Shown: positions 50,881-61,341 of the stretch, in pieces
Numbering within the stretch: the first letter of the stretch is position 1
Layout of the letters: every line of letters begins with the position of its first letter
Origin: Macrostomum lignano
Lineage: Eukaryota
Direction of reading: 5' to 3'
NCBI GenBank assembly: GCA_002269645.1
Contig: NIVC01000027.1
Location: 930,001-994,000 of the forward strand
Length of the DNA: 64,000 bases
Position numbers and translations under genes: made by a program
The notes under the pieces: model-generated
Told to the model about the DNA's origin: nothing
What the model saw: only the letters and a program-made list of their open reading frames with translations
Databases searched by the model: none

Positions 50881-51688
50881 TATACAATCTAAACTATAGC
50901 TTAGAAGTCTAGAAAATGGAACTTTTGACTATTGCCAAGTATATTTTAGGTCTTGCAATTATAGTTTCAAACTTGTAACATCAAATATGAGTTAAAGGGA
51001 AGCAAAAGTAAGAGGCTGACTTAAGTTAATAAAGTTAAAAATTGAATAACTTGTATTTTATTTAAAAAATCTTTTCAGTTTAGTTTTGCCAGATAAAACT
51101 AAAAAAGTAGCTTATTTATAGTCAGCATAGCAATAGTTATTTATGTAACTCAGCACTCTCAACAGAAAAAACTTTACCTCAAATCCCCAGCTCTAGCCAC
51201 ACTTTTAAACTCTGACTTTTTATAGTATAGTATATAATTATTTATCATTACAATTTTAGCAAAGAAAATTAAAATTTACAAAAGATTGTTACATTAAATA
51301 ATTTTTTAAATTAAATTTGACTAATAGTAATACCGATGAATTAATACAATGCCAATTTAAATATACCACAAATCTTACTAAAACAAATTCTTAGAACTAA
51401 GTAACATTATGTTAGTTGATTTTTAATCAATGACAAATGTCTGTCTTACTCTTAAAAAACAAATTTTATTTTTTACTTAATTAACTTTTGTAAGTTGTTA
51501 ATCCTAAGTAAGTAACTAGGCTTTAATTTGTTTTTTATAAATATGATTCTCAGAAATAAAGTAGTTTTCACACATTGAAATACCAAATAGCCAACACCTA
51601 CAGGCTTTACAGCCTACAAACCACAAGAGTCGATCAGATAAAGCACGATAAATAAGATATATTCGTTTTTGGTTTCTTGGAAAATTTA

Positions 51689-52722
51689 GGGTCTCCCTAA
51701 AACACGCCCCGCACCGCCCCGAACCGCTACACATTATAACATTTTTTGTCAATGCAGTATTTGATTGCAAAGAAAACTATTTGTTGTAAGAGTAATGGAA
51801 TAAATATCTTTAATTATTATTATAAATATTGTCATAATTTTTTATATTCTCGTTTTCATTATTAAATTATAGGGTGCGTTCGAGTGACTTAAAATGACTT
51901 AAACTGCCATTTTAACGTCCTTAGTAAAACAAATGTTAAGCAGACTAAATGTAAAAATAATCTAGGTAAATGATAGTCAAATTACAATTAAGAATTAATT
52001 CAATTTCTAAAACCGGTCTAAGATTAAAAAAACGTCGCCTATACTTCTTCCAACTCAACCTGAACGCCTAGGCACCGTTTTAACTTCGCTCGCAATTACC
52101 ACATTTAATCGTAATTGAATATTTTGTATTCTTCACCTTTGTTCTATCATTTGCTTTCACGTCCTTTTGCTCAGTTCGCTGCCCGTCATTATAGTCTTTG
52201 AATAATTGCTTAGTACTAATATTGTTTATTTATTAATTGTTATTACGTAGTAGTTTATTTGGACTTGGAATATAGTCACTATTTCAGCTTGGTTCTTATT
52301 CTTCAATATAGTATCTGAGTGAACTTCATGTTATGGTTTTGTCTTTCTAGTATAGGCGACGTTTTTTTAATCTTAGACCGGATTTAGAAATTGAATTAAT
52401 TCTTAATTGTAATTTGACTATCATTTACCTAGATTATTTTTACATTTAGTCTGCTTAACATTTGTTTTACTAAGGACGTTAAAATGGCAGTTTAAGTCAT
52501 TTTAAGTCACTCGAACGCACCCATATTATTATTATTTTATTAATATTATTATTAATATCACTTATTATTCACCGAATTTTATATTTCAAATTAAAGAAAC
52601 TAAATTTAATAAAAACTTTAAAGCTTAACAGAAAACGCATTTTTTAGTGTCTTCAGTTATAGTCCAATTTGTTTTAATGTGTAGCGCTGCAGGGCGGTGC
52701 GGGGCGTGTTTTAGGGAGACCC
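51689..52722. mobile_element. MITE with 9-bp TSD (Mutator-like)
   Basis: TIR GGGTCTCCCTAAAACACGCCCCGCACCGCCC.. (~50 bp); TSD GAAAATTTA (51680-51688, 52723-52731). Confidence 0.85.
51872..52522. mobile_element. PIF/Harbinger (Tourist-like) MITE nested in the Mutator-like MITE
   Basis: ~173-bp near-perfect TIRs starting GGGTGCGTTCGAGTGAC; 3-bp TSD ATA. Confidence 0.85.
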
Positions 52723-53319
52723 GAAAATTTATTGTACAAACTTTTTAAAAACCCCGTAAAACAAATTGTAAACGCCAAAAACAGCTTAGCAGCTTACTTC
52801 AATCCTTTTATCAAAAGCAAAGAAATAAAATTCAGGGCTTAATACTCTTTTCTTGAATACTGACTATCAATTTTTTCTACTTATTGCATAAAATGTGTTC
52901 TACTATTTTCAACTTCTAAAATTCGCATATATAATTTTGTTTAATACGTTGGACAAAAGCACAAAACAAGTTCGACTTAAATATTTAAAAGTCACTCACC
53001 CAGCCAGTCGAAACGGATAGCAGTTTTCTAAATTTGGCTGAGCATTTATTTTTATTGCGCCTGCATGCATCTCCAGCTCAAACCACATGTTCAAGTAACC
53101 GCATTTCCCAATGCATTGTGCGCATGCACTTTCTTACAGACATTATTGTGAAGCAAGCAGCTGAAGTATTCAAGTTTTCTGCTGGCTTCTTATTGCCATA
53201 AGTTGTTGGTTCTATTCATGCTCGTGCCTTTTGCCAAACGACTCGGTCTTAAACATGTGATTTATTATTTCAATCTTCAGCGTAAACTTATGTTTTTTGC
53301 CAATTAATATCGATTAAAA

Positions 53320-53997
53320 ATGACCGAAAAGAAAAAACCGATCCTTACTGGACAGCAACGCCTAGTAAAAGATTTGCTCCGTTCAGGCGCAATCAGCCAT
53401 TCGAGCGCCGAGGAGGCAATGCTGGTAATTGACCGAGGCAATTTCTTCCCCCGCGATGCACTCTACGCGTACGCTGACTCACCACAAAGCATCGGCCACG
53501 GGGCGACCATTTCGGCGCCGCACATGCACGCCATAGCGCTGAGCTGTCTGGCACCAAAACTGGTCCCCGGTGCCAAGGCGCTAGACATTGGTAGCGGCTC
53601 TGGCTACCTTACAGCTTGCATGGCTTACCTAGTCGGTCCGACAGGCAGAGTCATCGGCATCGACCATGTTGACGCTCTTGTCACGAAGGCTACCGCAAAT
53701 CTCCGCGGCTGCTCGGCCACTCAAGAACTCCTGGATTCTGGCGCAATCACCATGGCAACTGGCGACGGCCGGCGCGGCTTTCCAACCGAGCAACCATTCG
53801 ACGCGATTCACGTGGGCGCCGCCGCCGAACAGTCGGTGCCGCCCGACCTGACAGATCAGCTGGCACCTGGTGGACGTCTGGTTTGTCCTGTGGGTCCGGC
53901 CGCTGGCCGGCAGACTCTTCTCCGACTGGACAGAGCGCTGGATGGCAGCCTCAGCCGGCGAGCCCTGATGGGAGTCACATTTGTACCTCTGGTTTGA
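53320..53997 (+). CDS. PCMT1: Protein-L-isoaspartate(D-aspartate) O-methyltransferase, intronless, 225 aa
   Basis: YADSPQSIGHGATISAPHMHA, LDIGSGSGYLTAC, GDGRRG, FDAIHVGAAA, QLAPGGRLVCPVG, FVPL are hallmark PIMT motifs. Confidence 0.95.
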   Translation: MTEKKKPILTGQQRLVKDLLRSGAISHSSAEEAMLVIDRGNFFPRDALYAYADSPQSIGHGATISAPHMHAIALSCLAPKLVPGAKALDIGSGSGYLTACMAYLVGPTGRVIGIDHVDALVTKATANLRGCSATQELLDSGAITMATGDGRRGFPTEQPFDAIHVGAAAEQSVPPDLTDQLAPGGRLVCPVGPAAGRQTLLRLDRALDGSLSRRALMGVTFVPLV

Positions 53998-54728
53998 CAT
54001 TTGTGCATCGCCTGATGATGTACATGTATTAGATGAACGTGTAAACACATCGAGCAACTCGCCACAAGTTATGCGCTTTTTCGAAACAAAATTGAAATTA
54101 AAATAAAACAGCAAATAATTAACCAACTGTTAATTGCAAAGAAGGCCAAATTCAAGCTACTCGTACAAGAGGTGTCATTAGAGATTACTGCCGAAGGTCT
54201 TCTAACTGGCGTATGCGAAATGCATCTGACTCTCTCACGTCACGACCCCTGTTCGCAGGCCACAGTCAGTAGGGGCTTGTGCGCGAAATTTGTCTAGTGG
54301 GTTGTCATGCAATTTCCACCCAAAGCACTGCAATTTATTGGGAAGTCAGGACGGCAGCACAACCTGTGCTCAAGCATGTTTGAAGTACAGTGTACGTGCG
54401 TGTCCTTATTATCCGCGCACTTTTATAATGTGCTCGGAGTCAGTGGAAATGGCAGAGTGCCTCATTGCTAGTTGTTTGACAATGTCACTAAGTTGATACG
54501 GCCAGGTACTCACCATCGCATGCCTAAAGTTGATTAGTCTATGGAAAGAACTCAAGTGACTACAGAGAGAATATACAAACTATTATGAGCCAGTTTAATA
54601 TTTAGGCATCGCGACAAATTACAAACCACGCCTTCAGAGTCGCATAATTAATATTGTTAAATTATTTTATTTTAACACCAGTCTACTTTAACCGTCGGAA
54701 AAGAAAAGTTGATTAACTAATTGTCGAA

Positions 54729-54967
54729 ATGACTCGAGGGCAGCTCGGCAGTTTCACTCAGCAAAAGTCATGCCGGCCAGCAATACTAAAGACGGCAGCT
54801 ATCAAGCGCCAATGCCCAACCAGCCCTCCTGGCAGTTCGTCGGAGTCTGGCACGGCGACCACAGCGCACGGCACAGCAGCACCGTGCCTGCTGATGGCCC
54901 GAAGGCAACAACGTCAGCGCCTTGTTCAACAAGCTGGAGCAGCTGGAGGCAGCCCCACTACGACTAG

Positions 54968-55007
<40 letters not shown>

Positions 55008-55010
55008 TAG

Positions 55011-55051
<41 letters not shown>

Positions 55052-55054
55052 TAG

Positions 55055-55115
<61 letters not shown>

Positions 55116-56441
55116 GTCTGCCTGTCTGTCTGTCTGTCTATCTGTCTGTCTGTCTGTGTGTGTGTGTCTGTCTGTCTGTTTGTCATTATCTAAAGCTAAC
55201 CTGAATCTGCTCCACACGCAGATGTATTTTTGGTGGATGCGAAACTTCTCTACGAGGGCAAGTGCACAAAAAAGAGCAGAAATCAGCCCAGCAAAAGCCG
55301 TCGCCCGTGCAGCAGTCAGAGCTCACCGCCAACAATCTCTGCGCCGAAGGCACGACCACCCCCGCCGCTGCAGCCGCCAGCGATGCGGCGGGATTGAATT
55401 CAACCTCCTCCTCGTTTGAGGACGCCAGTCAGGCGAGGAACTCGCACTACCGCGACCCTAGTCCTCTTCGCCCCGGCCCTCGCCACCGCATGCTGGCTGG
55501 ACAATCCAGAAGCGACGATGACTATGATGACGAGGAGAGCGAGGAGACCAGGAAAGCACGAATGTCTTCGCTGGCTCTGAAGAAGCAGTTCATCTACTAT
55601 GAGGGCAAAATGAAAACTGTTCTGGTGCAGCTGTGGCCCGATGCGGTAGGGTTTTAATGCATTGATCGGCCTTAGTTTATTTCACGTACATGCACTTGTC
55701 TTCTTGACTTGCAACACATCTTCCTTTCTTCTATTGTCCGGTCCTGTCAAATGTTTACTTGTTTTCGTAAGGCTTGTCTTCCTAAATGTTTTCGTATTTT
55801 TTCTTGTCCGCTTTTCAGTTGCTTAATCTTACCTGACCGTACAACAGCTAAGTTTGTTCTGTGGTCGCTGGACTAATTAACTAGCACTTGACTAGCTTCC
55901 TAATTCCTTCAACTCAGATAAAACAGATGACAGGCAGCTCAAAGGATGAACATGTCTGAATCTCGCGCCATTCGGTGCTTGACTGGCTGACAATGTATTT
56001 TGTTGCTCTTGTTGCTGTGCAAAAAAATCAGGAATATGAGCGCCCAATTTATTGTTTTTCCTTAAACCAAGTCTTTATCCATGTCAGGTCACACGATCGA
56101 CCACCTGTCTCCCGCACCCTCAGAACCGAATTCCGTTGCACGAGCGGCACCGCCTTCAAGACCCGATGAAAAAACACTACGGCCGGCTTTCCCAGCGAGC
56201 TCGACTACTCAAAGAATTCGAGAACAACAAGCGCAAACAGCCGCGTGAGATTGTGGAAGTGCCGCTACTGCCGCGACGAATGCAGCAGGAGGCGAAGGTG
56301 CGACTAATGGCCTGGTACCAGCCTATCAGCCTGACCTTGGCTGAGCCAACCGGAGCTGCAACCACTGCTGCTGGCCCTGCCGCTGACGCCCAGGCCTCAG
56401 CAGAGCCTGTCAACTCAACAGATAATAAGCATACACGATGA
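54729..56441 (+). CDS. Unidentified 3-exon protein-coding gene
   Basis: Phase-consistent model 54729-54967, 55222-55645, 56088-56441 with GT-AG introns and GC-rich exon composition. The C-terminal part ([22 protein letters not shown]|[19 protein letters not shown]) looks protein-like. No family recognised; the frame of exon 1 is ambiguous. Confidence 0.55.
54968..55185. repeat. (GTCT)n array beginning at the intron donor
   Basis: actag|gtctgtctg..; contains the TTAGTGTC variant (reverse complement of GACACTAA). Confidence 0.96.
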
Positions 56442-57250
56442 GTGACAAAACTTTCTAAACACACCACAACTAACTTGTCTTCGTACATAAAAGTTGGTTT
56501 TTGCAAACAGCTCTTGGCTCAACGCCAAGCACGACTTACATTCTTGTCAGTTCGACTGCGCATTGCTCATTCGCTAATTTGTTTAAGTAATTCGACGCTT
56601 TAAATTACCCATTTTATGTATTTGGCAGTGCTTTTTCGTCCGTGTATTTTTAAATTATTTATTTCACAACGAACACTCGGAAGACAAAAAGCCTGGCTAC
56701 AGTGTTAACGAGCCATTTTTGCAGCAATATACTGAAATGCAATCATTTTTTCTTGTCCGTGTACGCACAGAACTATTTGGTTTTCTAAATAATTAAATTC
56801 ATATTGACTTGGCAAACTTTGTCTTTTCAGCTGCTTCAGAAAAGACAGCTTGACAACAAAAATCTAAACGGACTGATTATATAATAGTATAAATGCATAA
56901 CTAACTTCAGCTAAGATCGTTTCAGAAGCTCGAAACCCTTCTCAAGCTCGAAATTTTCTATTGTCACATTTGAAATTTGCATCTCTCGGCATGTTTGTCA
57001 CCGGAGTTTATTGATGACAGATGTAATCTGTACACTAGGGCGGGCTTAGTGATTCCCCCTTCCCTGCAGAGGAGAAGCATTGCAAACATTCGACATTTGC
57101 CAAACGCAAAATGGTAGTGGGTGAAGCGATCTTAATGCTATTTTTAGTCTAGTAAACTTCAGGTTTTCTATCAGGAAAGTACAGGACATGCTTTTGCAAC
57201 AGTAAAGAAGCGAACACCAATGAAATGCTTAATATAAACCATTGTATATA

Positions 57251-57869
57251 CACTCAGCAACAGTCAAAACCGCCACCCTACCGAGAGAGGCGACTTCTCT
57301 CTCACCTCAATTGCAAGTGACGCAACTTGCGCCACAGCGTGGCTAAAGCTGGGTGACAGTGAATTCCAGGATGAGAGTACAAAAGGGACTGGGGTTGGGG
57401 TTGGGGGTGCAACAGTACACGTGACAATGGTCAGGCATTTGACAGACGCTGAACGATGGCGCGCTGTTGGCATGCTAGAAGCTGGTGCATCCATCAGCGC
57501 AGTTGCTTGCCAATTTGGTCGATCACGTTCAACAATTCGAGCGCTGTTAACGAATTCCCAAGATACTGGTAGTGTTCAGCAAGCAGCCATAGACAGCCAG
57601 CGCCATGATCTCCGCCGCTCAACAGCCAGGGCAAATCGACGTCTGCTGCGGATTGTCAGGCGAACTCCGACCGCGCCAGCCACCCTGCTCCATCTAATGT
57701 GGGGTGAAAGAAGCAGATGGGGCATCCCCTGCATCCCCTGATTGCCCTCTCCTGCATTCACTCTCACCCAGCTTTAGCCACGCTGTGGCGCAAGTTACGT
57801 CACTTACAGTTGAGGTGAGAGAGAAGTCGCCTCTCTCGGTAGGGTGGCAGTTTTGACTGTTGCTGAGTG
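57251..57869 (+). mobile_element. Tc1-family deletion derivative
   Basis: ~120-bp TIRs starting CACTCAGCAACAGTC, TA TSD. Internal MVRHLTDAERWRAVGMLEAGASISAVACQFGRSRSTI..TGS is a Tc1 paired-like HTH; the DDE domain is absent. Confidence 0.88.
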
Positions 57870-57873
57870 TATA

Positions 57874-58148
57874 TACTCAGCAACATTAAAAAGTCGCCAC
57901 CTTTGAGAGTGCGCAGTAAATTCTAACTCAGTATTGACTTTTGAGTGACGCAACTTGCGCCACGCGAAGCAGAGTTTGGACTGGGTGAAGAGGGATCGGG
58001 AGGAGCAGAGGGCGAAGATTGGATGTGTTGAAGCTTCCGCCCGGTTTTCATTGTTTTTTTCAAGCATTTTTAATGTCAAAATGGTTGGCCAGGGGATAGA
58101 CACTGCTCACTGGGTCAAAGGGTGGCGACTTTTTAATGTTGCTGAGTA
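57874..58148. mobile_element. Tc1-related MITE abutting the previous element
   Basis: TIR TACTCAGCAACATTAAAAAGTCGCCACC, flanked by TA. Confidence 0.8.
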
Positions 58149-58224
58149 TATCGCTTCATTTATTATTGGTAAGCTATTTGCTTTTAAGCTATTCGACATG
58201 TGATTTTTTAACTAAAACAAACTG

Positions 58225-58505
58225 TACTTAGCAAGATTTGAAAAGTCGCCACTCTATACGCCCGTGAGCAATTTCTCTTGGACCATTCTGAAATAAAAGA
58301 TACGAGAAAACTACTGATCGGGGTAGCTTTAATCCGTCCAACCCTCGCACACCGCTCCTACCCCACTTCATTCCTCAACTCAAGTCTGTCGCCGCGTAGC
58401 TGAGTTGCGTCACTCGTAAAGATTGAGAGACTTTGCCTGTACTCTAAAAAATGCCGACCACAGACGGAATCTTCTGTTATGGCGACTTTTCGATGTTGCT
58501 TAGTA
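58225..58505. mobile_element. Older, diverged Tc1-related MITE
   Basis: Imperfect TIRs tacttagcaagatttgaaaagtcgccac / atggcgacttttcgatgttgcttagta. Confidence 0.65.
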
Positions 58506-59925
58506 TACGTTTTTTGGGAGGAGTGTCTTGGAACTTGTTCGACCTGCTGGCTGCTGACGCTCTTATTAAATTATTAAATGTTCAATTTACCTGGCCCTGC
58601 CTCGCCCCCTTCTTTCACTGTGCACCGCTTTATTTATTGATTGCATCAGGGCCAATTAACTGATAAGAAAATATTCGTAGCTGTGTGCACCCCACTGGAC
58701 AGACAGATAACTACTTGATTTGAATTGCGTAACCAGACGAGTGGGTAAGCAATAAAATTCTGGATGCTGCTGGCAGACAGCTTTCCCTTTAGCTAGTTTA
58801 ACTTATAAAAATCAGCTCTTGAGTTTTGTCTGCAGTACAGTACACACAGTCGCTCATCGATCCAGCATTCTTTTTGGGCTAAATAACTGGAACCATAGAC
58901 ATGACAGACCAATCAGCCAGTGTATTTTCTTTGGAATTATTGGCTTAGAAAGTTCTAACGATTGAAGAGTAGGCCACAGACAAGTTGGTCTCTTATTTAA
59001 GTACGAGTTCTTTATATTCTTCCCTGTCACTGAGCTTTAGAATTTTATTTGTTTGCCATATCTCTGATGTGTATTTTGAGTTAAAAGAGCTGCAGCAAAA
59101 AAGTGTCATCCGTCAATTAACCAACCAGTCGCAAATGCTGGACGAGTGTCATTTTCATTATCCGACAAAGGATAGGCACCTAAGAAGGCTAATCTAAGGT
59201 ACGTGGCGGGGCTATTTTGATTGAAATATGAAAATTCAGAATCTAAAAGTACTTTTTAAAACTTTTTCGGAAAGGGGTAGCAAAGCAATGTAGCAAAGCA
59301 CAGCTGAACTTTAGAAGAATAGTTATTAAGAAGATTCTTGTACCATCTGAATTGAACAATCTTGTACGAGCTATTTTCTGCCATAGATAGGATGTAGATA
59401 AGATGCAGAAACATATTTTGATGAACTATATAATCTAAAATTGGTGTTTTTAAAGCATTTAAAGTCCTATTATGTCATATTACGATATATCGATCATTTC
59501 TCAAATTTCTCGCTTTTTTCAGTTAATGGCTTTTCTCTCAATATTGAATGCTTTCGCTCATTAGAGCTTTCGCAGTTGTGGGCTCTCAAGCATTGCATTG
59601 AATTCAAGCAAGATAAATGTCAAGGGACAAAGCTGAATTTTATTTGTCTATGGTCTCAAAGCCTGTCCCTGCAGCATTTAAGTTAGTCAAGAAGAACAAG
59701 AAGCCAGCTTAAAAACCAAAAAGTAGCTACTGAGCTAGCTGAAGTTGAAATCCAAATCTTCGGTCTCCTCAATTTCGACCAAAGACAAAAGTCTGCATCT
59801 GTATTTAGTCACAATAAGTAACAGCCGGGAAATTTGAAGCCTGTGTGAGCTTTCTGTGTGAGTTTGTGTGAGCTTTTAAAGCGCACACATCAGAAATTAA
59901 CGGCAAGAATCATATCGCGTGAATG

Positions 59926-60415
59926 AACACAAGCTCACACAAGCTCACACAAGCTTACACAAGCTCACACAAGCTCACACAAGCTCACACAAGCTCACAC
60001 AAGCTCACACAAGCTCACACAAGCTCACACAAGCTCACACAAGCTCACACAAGCTCACACAAGCTCACACAAGCTCACAAAAGCTCACAAAAGCTCACAA
60101 AAGCTCACAAAAGCTCACAAAAGCTCACAAAAGCTCACAAAAGCTCACACAAGCTCACACAAGCTCACACAAGCTCACACAAGCTCACACAAGCTCACAC
60201 ACGCTCACACAATCTCACACAAGCTCACACAAGCTCACACAATCTCACGCAAGCTCACACAATCTCACACAAGCTCACGCAAGCTCACACAATCTCACAC
60301 AAGCTCACACAAGCTCACAAAAGCTCACACAAGCTCACACAAGCTCACAAGCTCACACAAGCTCACACAAGCTCACAAAAGCTCACACAAGCTCACAAAA
60401 GCTCACACAAGCTCA
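59926..60415. repeat. 10-bp minisatellite (AAGCTCACAC)n
   Basis: Directly visible. Confidence 0.96.
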
Positions 60416-61341
60416 AGCGTATGTTAGCTCAGTACTTTGTAGTATTACTTTGTAGCATTCAGTTACTATGCAGTTTGTTTAACAGCTTCAAACTTCAACT
60501 CTTCGACTTTCATATCTGCATGCAGGTAGCTTTTAACCTGCAGAATTGATCGGCATAATTAGTGACACGGGTCATTCTTTCTGGAGGAAAACTGACTGCG
60601 AAGCTGATCGTTGAAGAAACTGGTGACAGAAAAAAGAAATTCAGGACTGCAAAGTGGCGAACCAGGTAAGTTACCATGGTTGCTCAAATCATGCTTTTAT
60701 TGGTGATATAATAAGCTGTTTAAGAAGCCCAAATTTATCAGTATCAATTTAAGCCAATGCAAACATTACGGGTAAATGAAGAACTGGGTGTGTTCCAAGA
60801 GTTTTTATTAGATAAGATCATTGTTTACTTTTTTTACCTGTGGCTTGTTTGATTTATTGCAATAATAATGATTACCTGCCCTAAAACCGGAGGAAACGAA
60901 TTGACATTCAATATTTAATGTTTTTGTAACTCTTTTGATATACAGATTACAAGTACAAAACTTTTAATAGCCGTGAACAAGCGCATTTACGTTTACACTA
61001 TGGAAATATTTATAAAAATGTGCTTTACGCGAAGATTTTTGCAAACAAAAAAGCAAAAAATGTTACTTGTCTTATTTTCATATGCCAGTCATTATTAATT
61101 CTTAATCTTGAATTTAAAAACGTGAAATCGTCATGAATTGTCCGGGATGATTACCCGTCTAATGGCCTGCTCAGCTGTCGTAAATGATGGCCCAGCCAGA
61201 TTAGTTAAAGTTGCTGTCAGGCGACTGACGGATGCTGACAACTGCCTGCTCAAGTCTGCGGAATTAAAGCGGAAATGGGCCGCTAAAGAAACACCCAAAG
61301 CCTGAACCAAAACTTTTGGCCTAAACCTTACAGACGGCTAT

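Noticed and set aside
24231-51907. 18-bp identity (TAAAATGACTTAAACTGC) between the mariner end and the Harbinger-like TIR
   Set aside because: AT-rich with no extension; a match of this length is plausible by chance in 64 kb.
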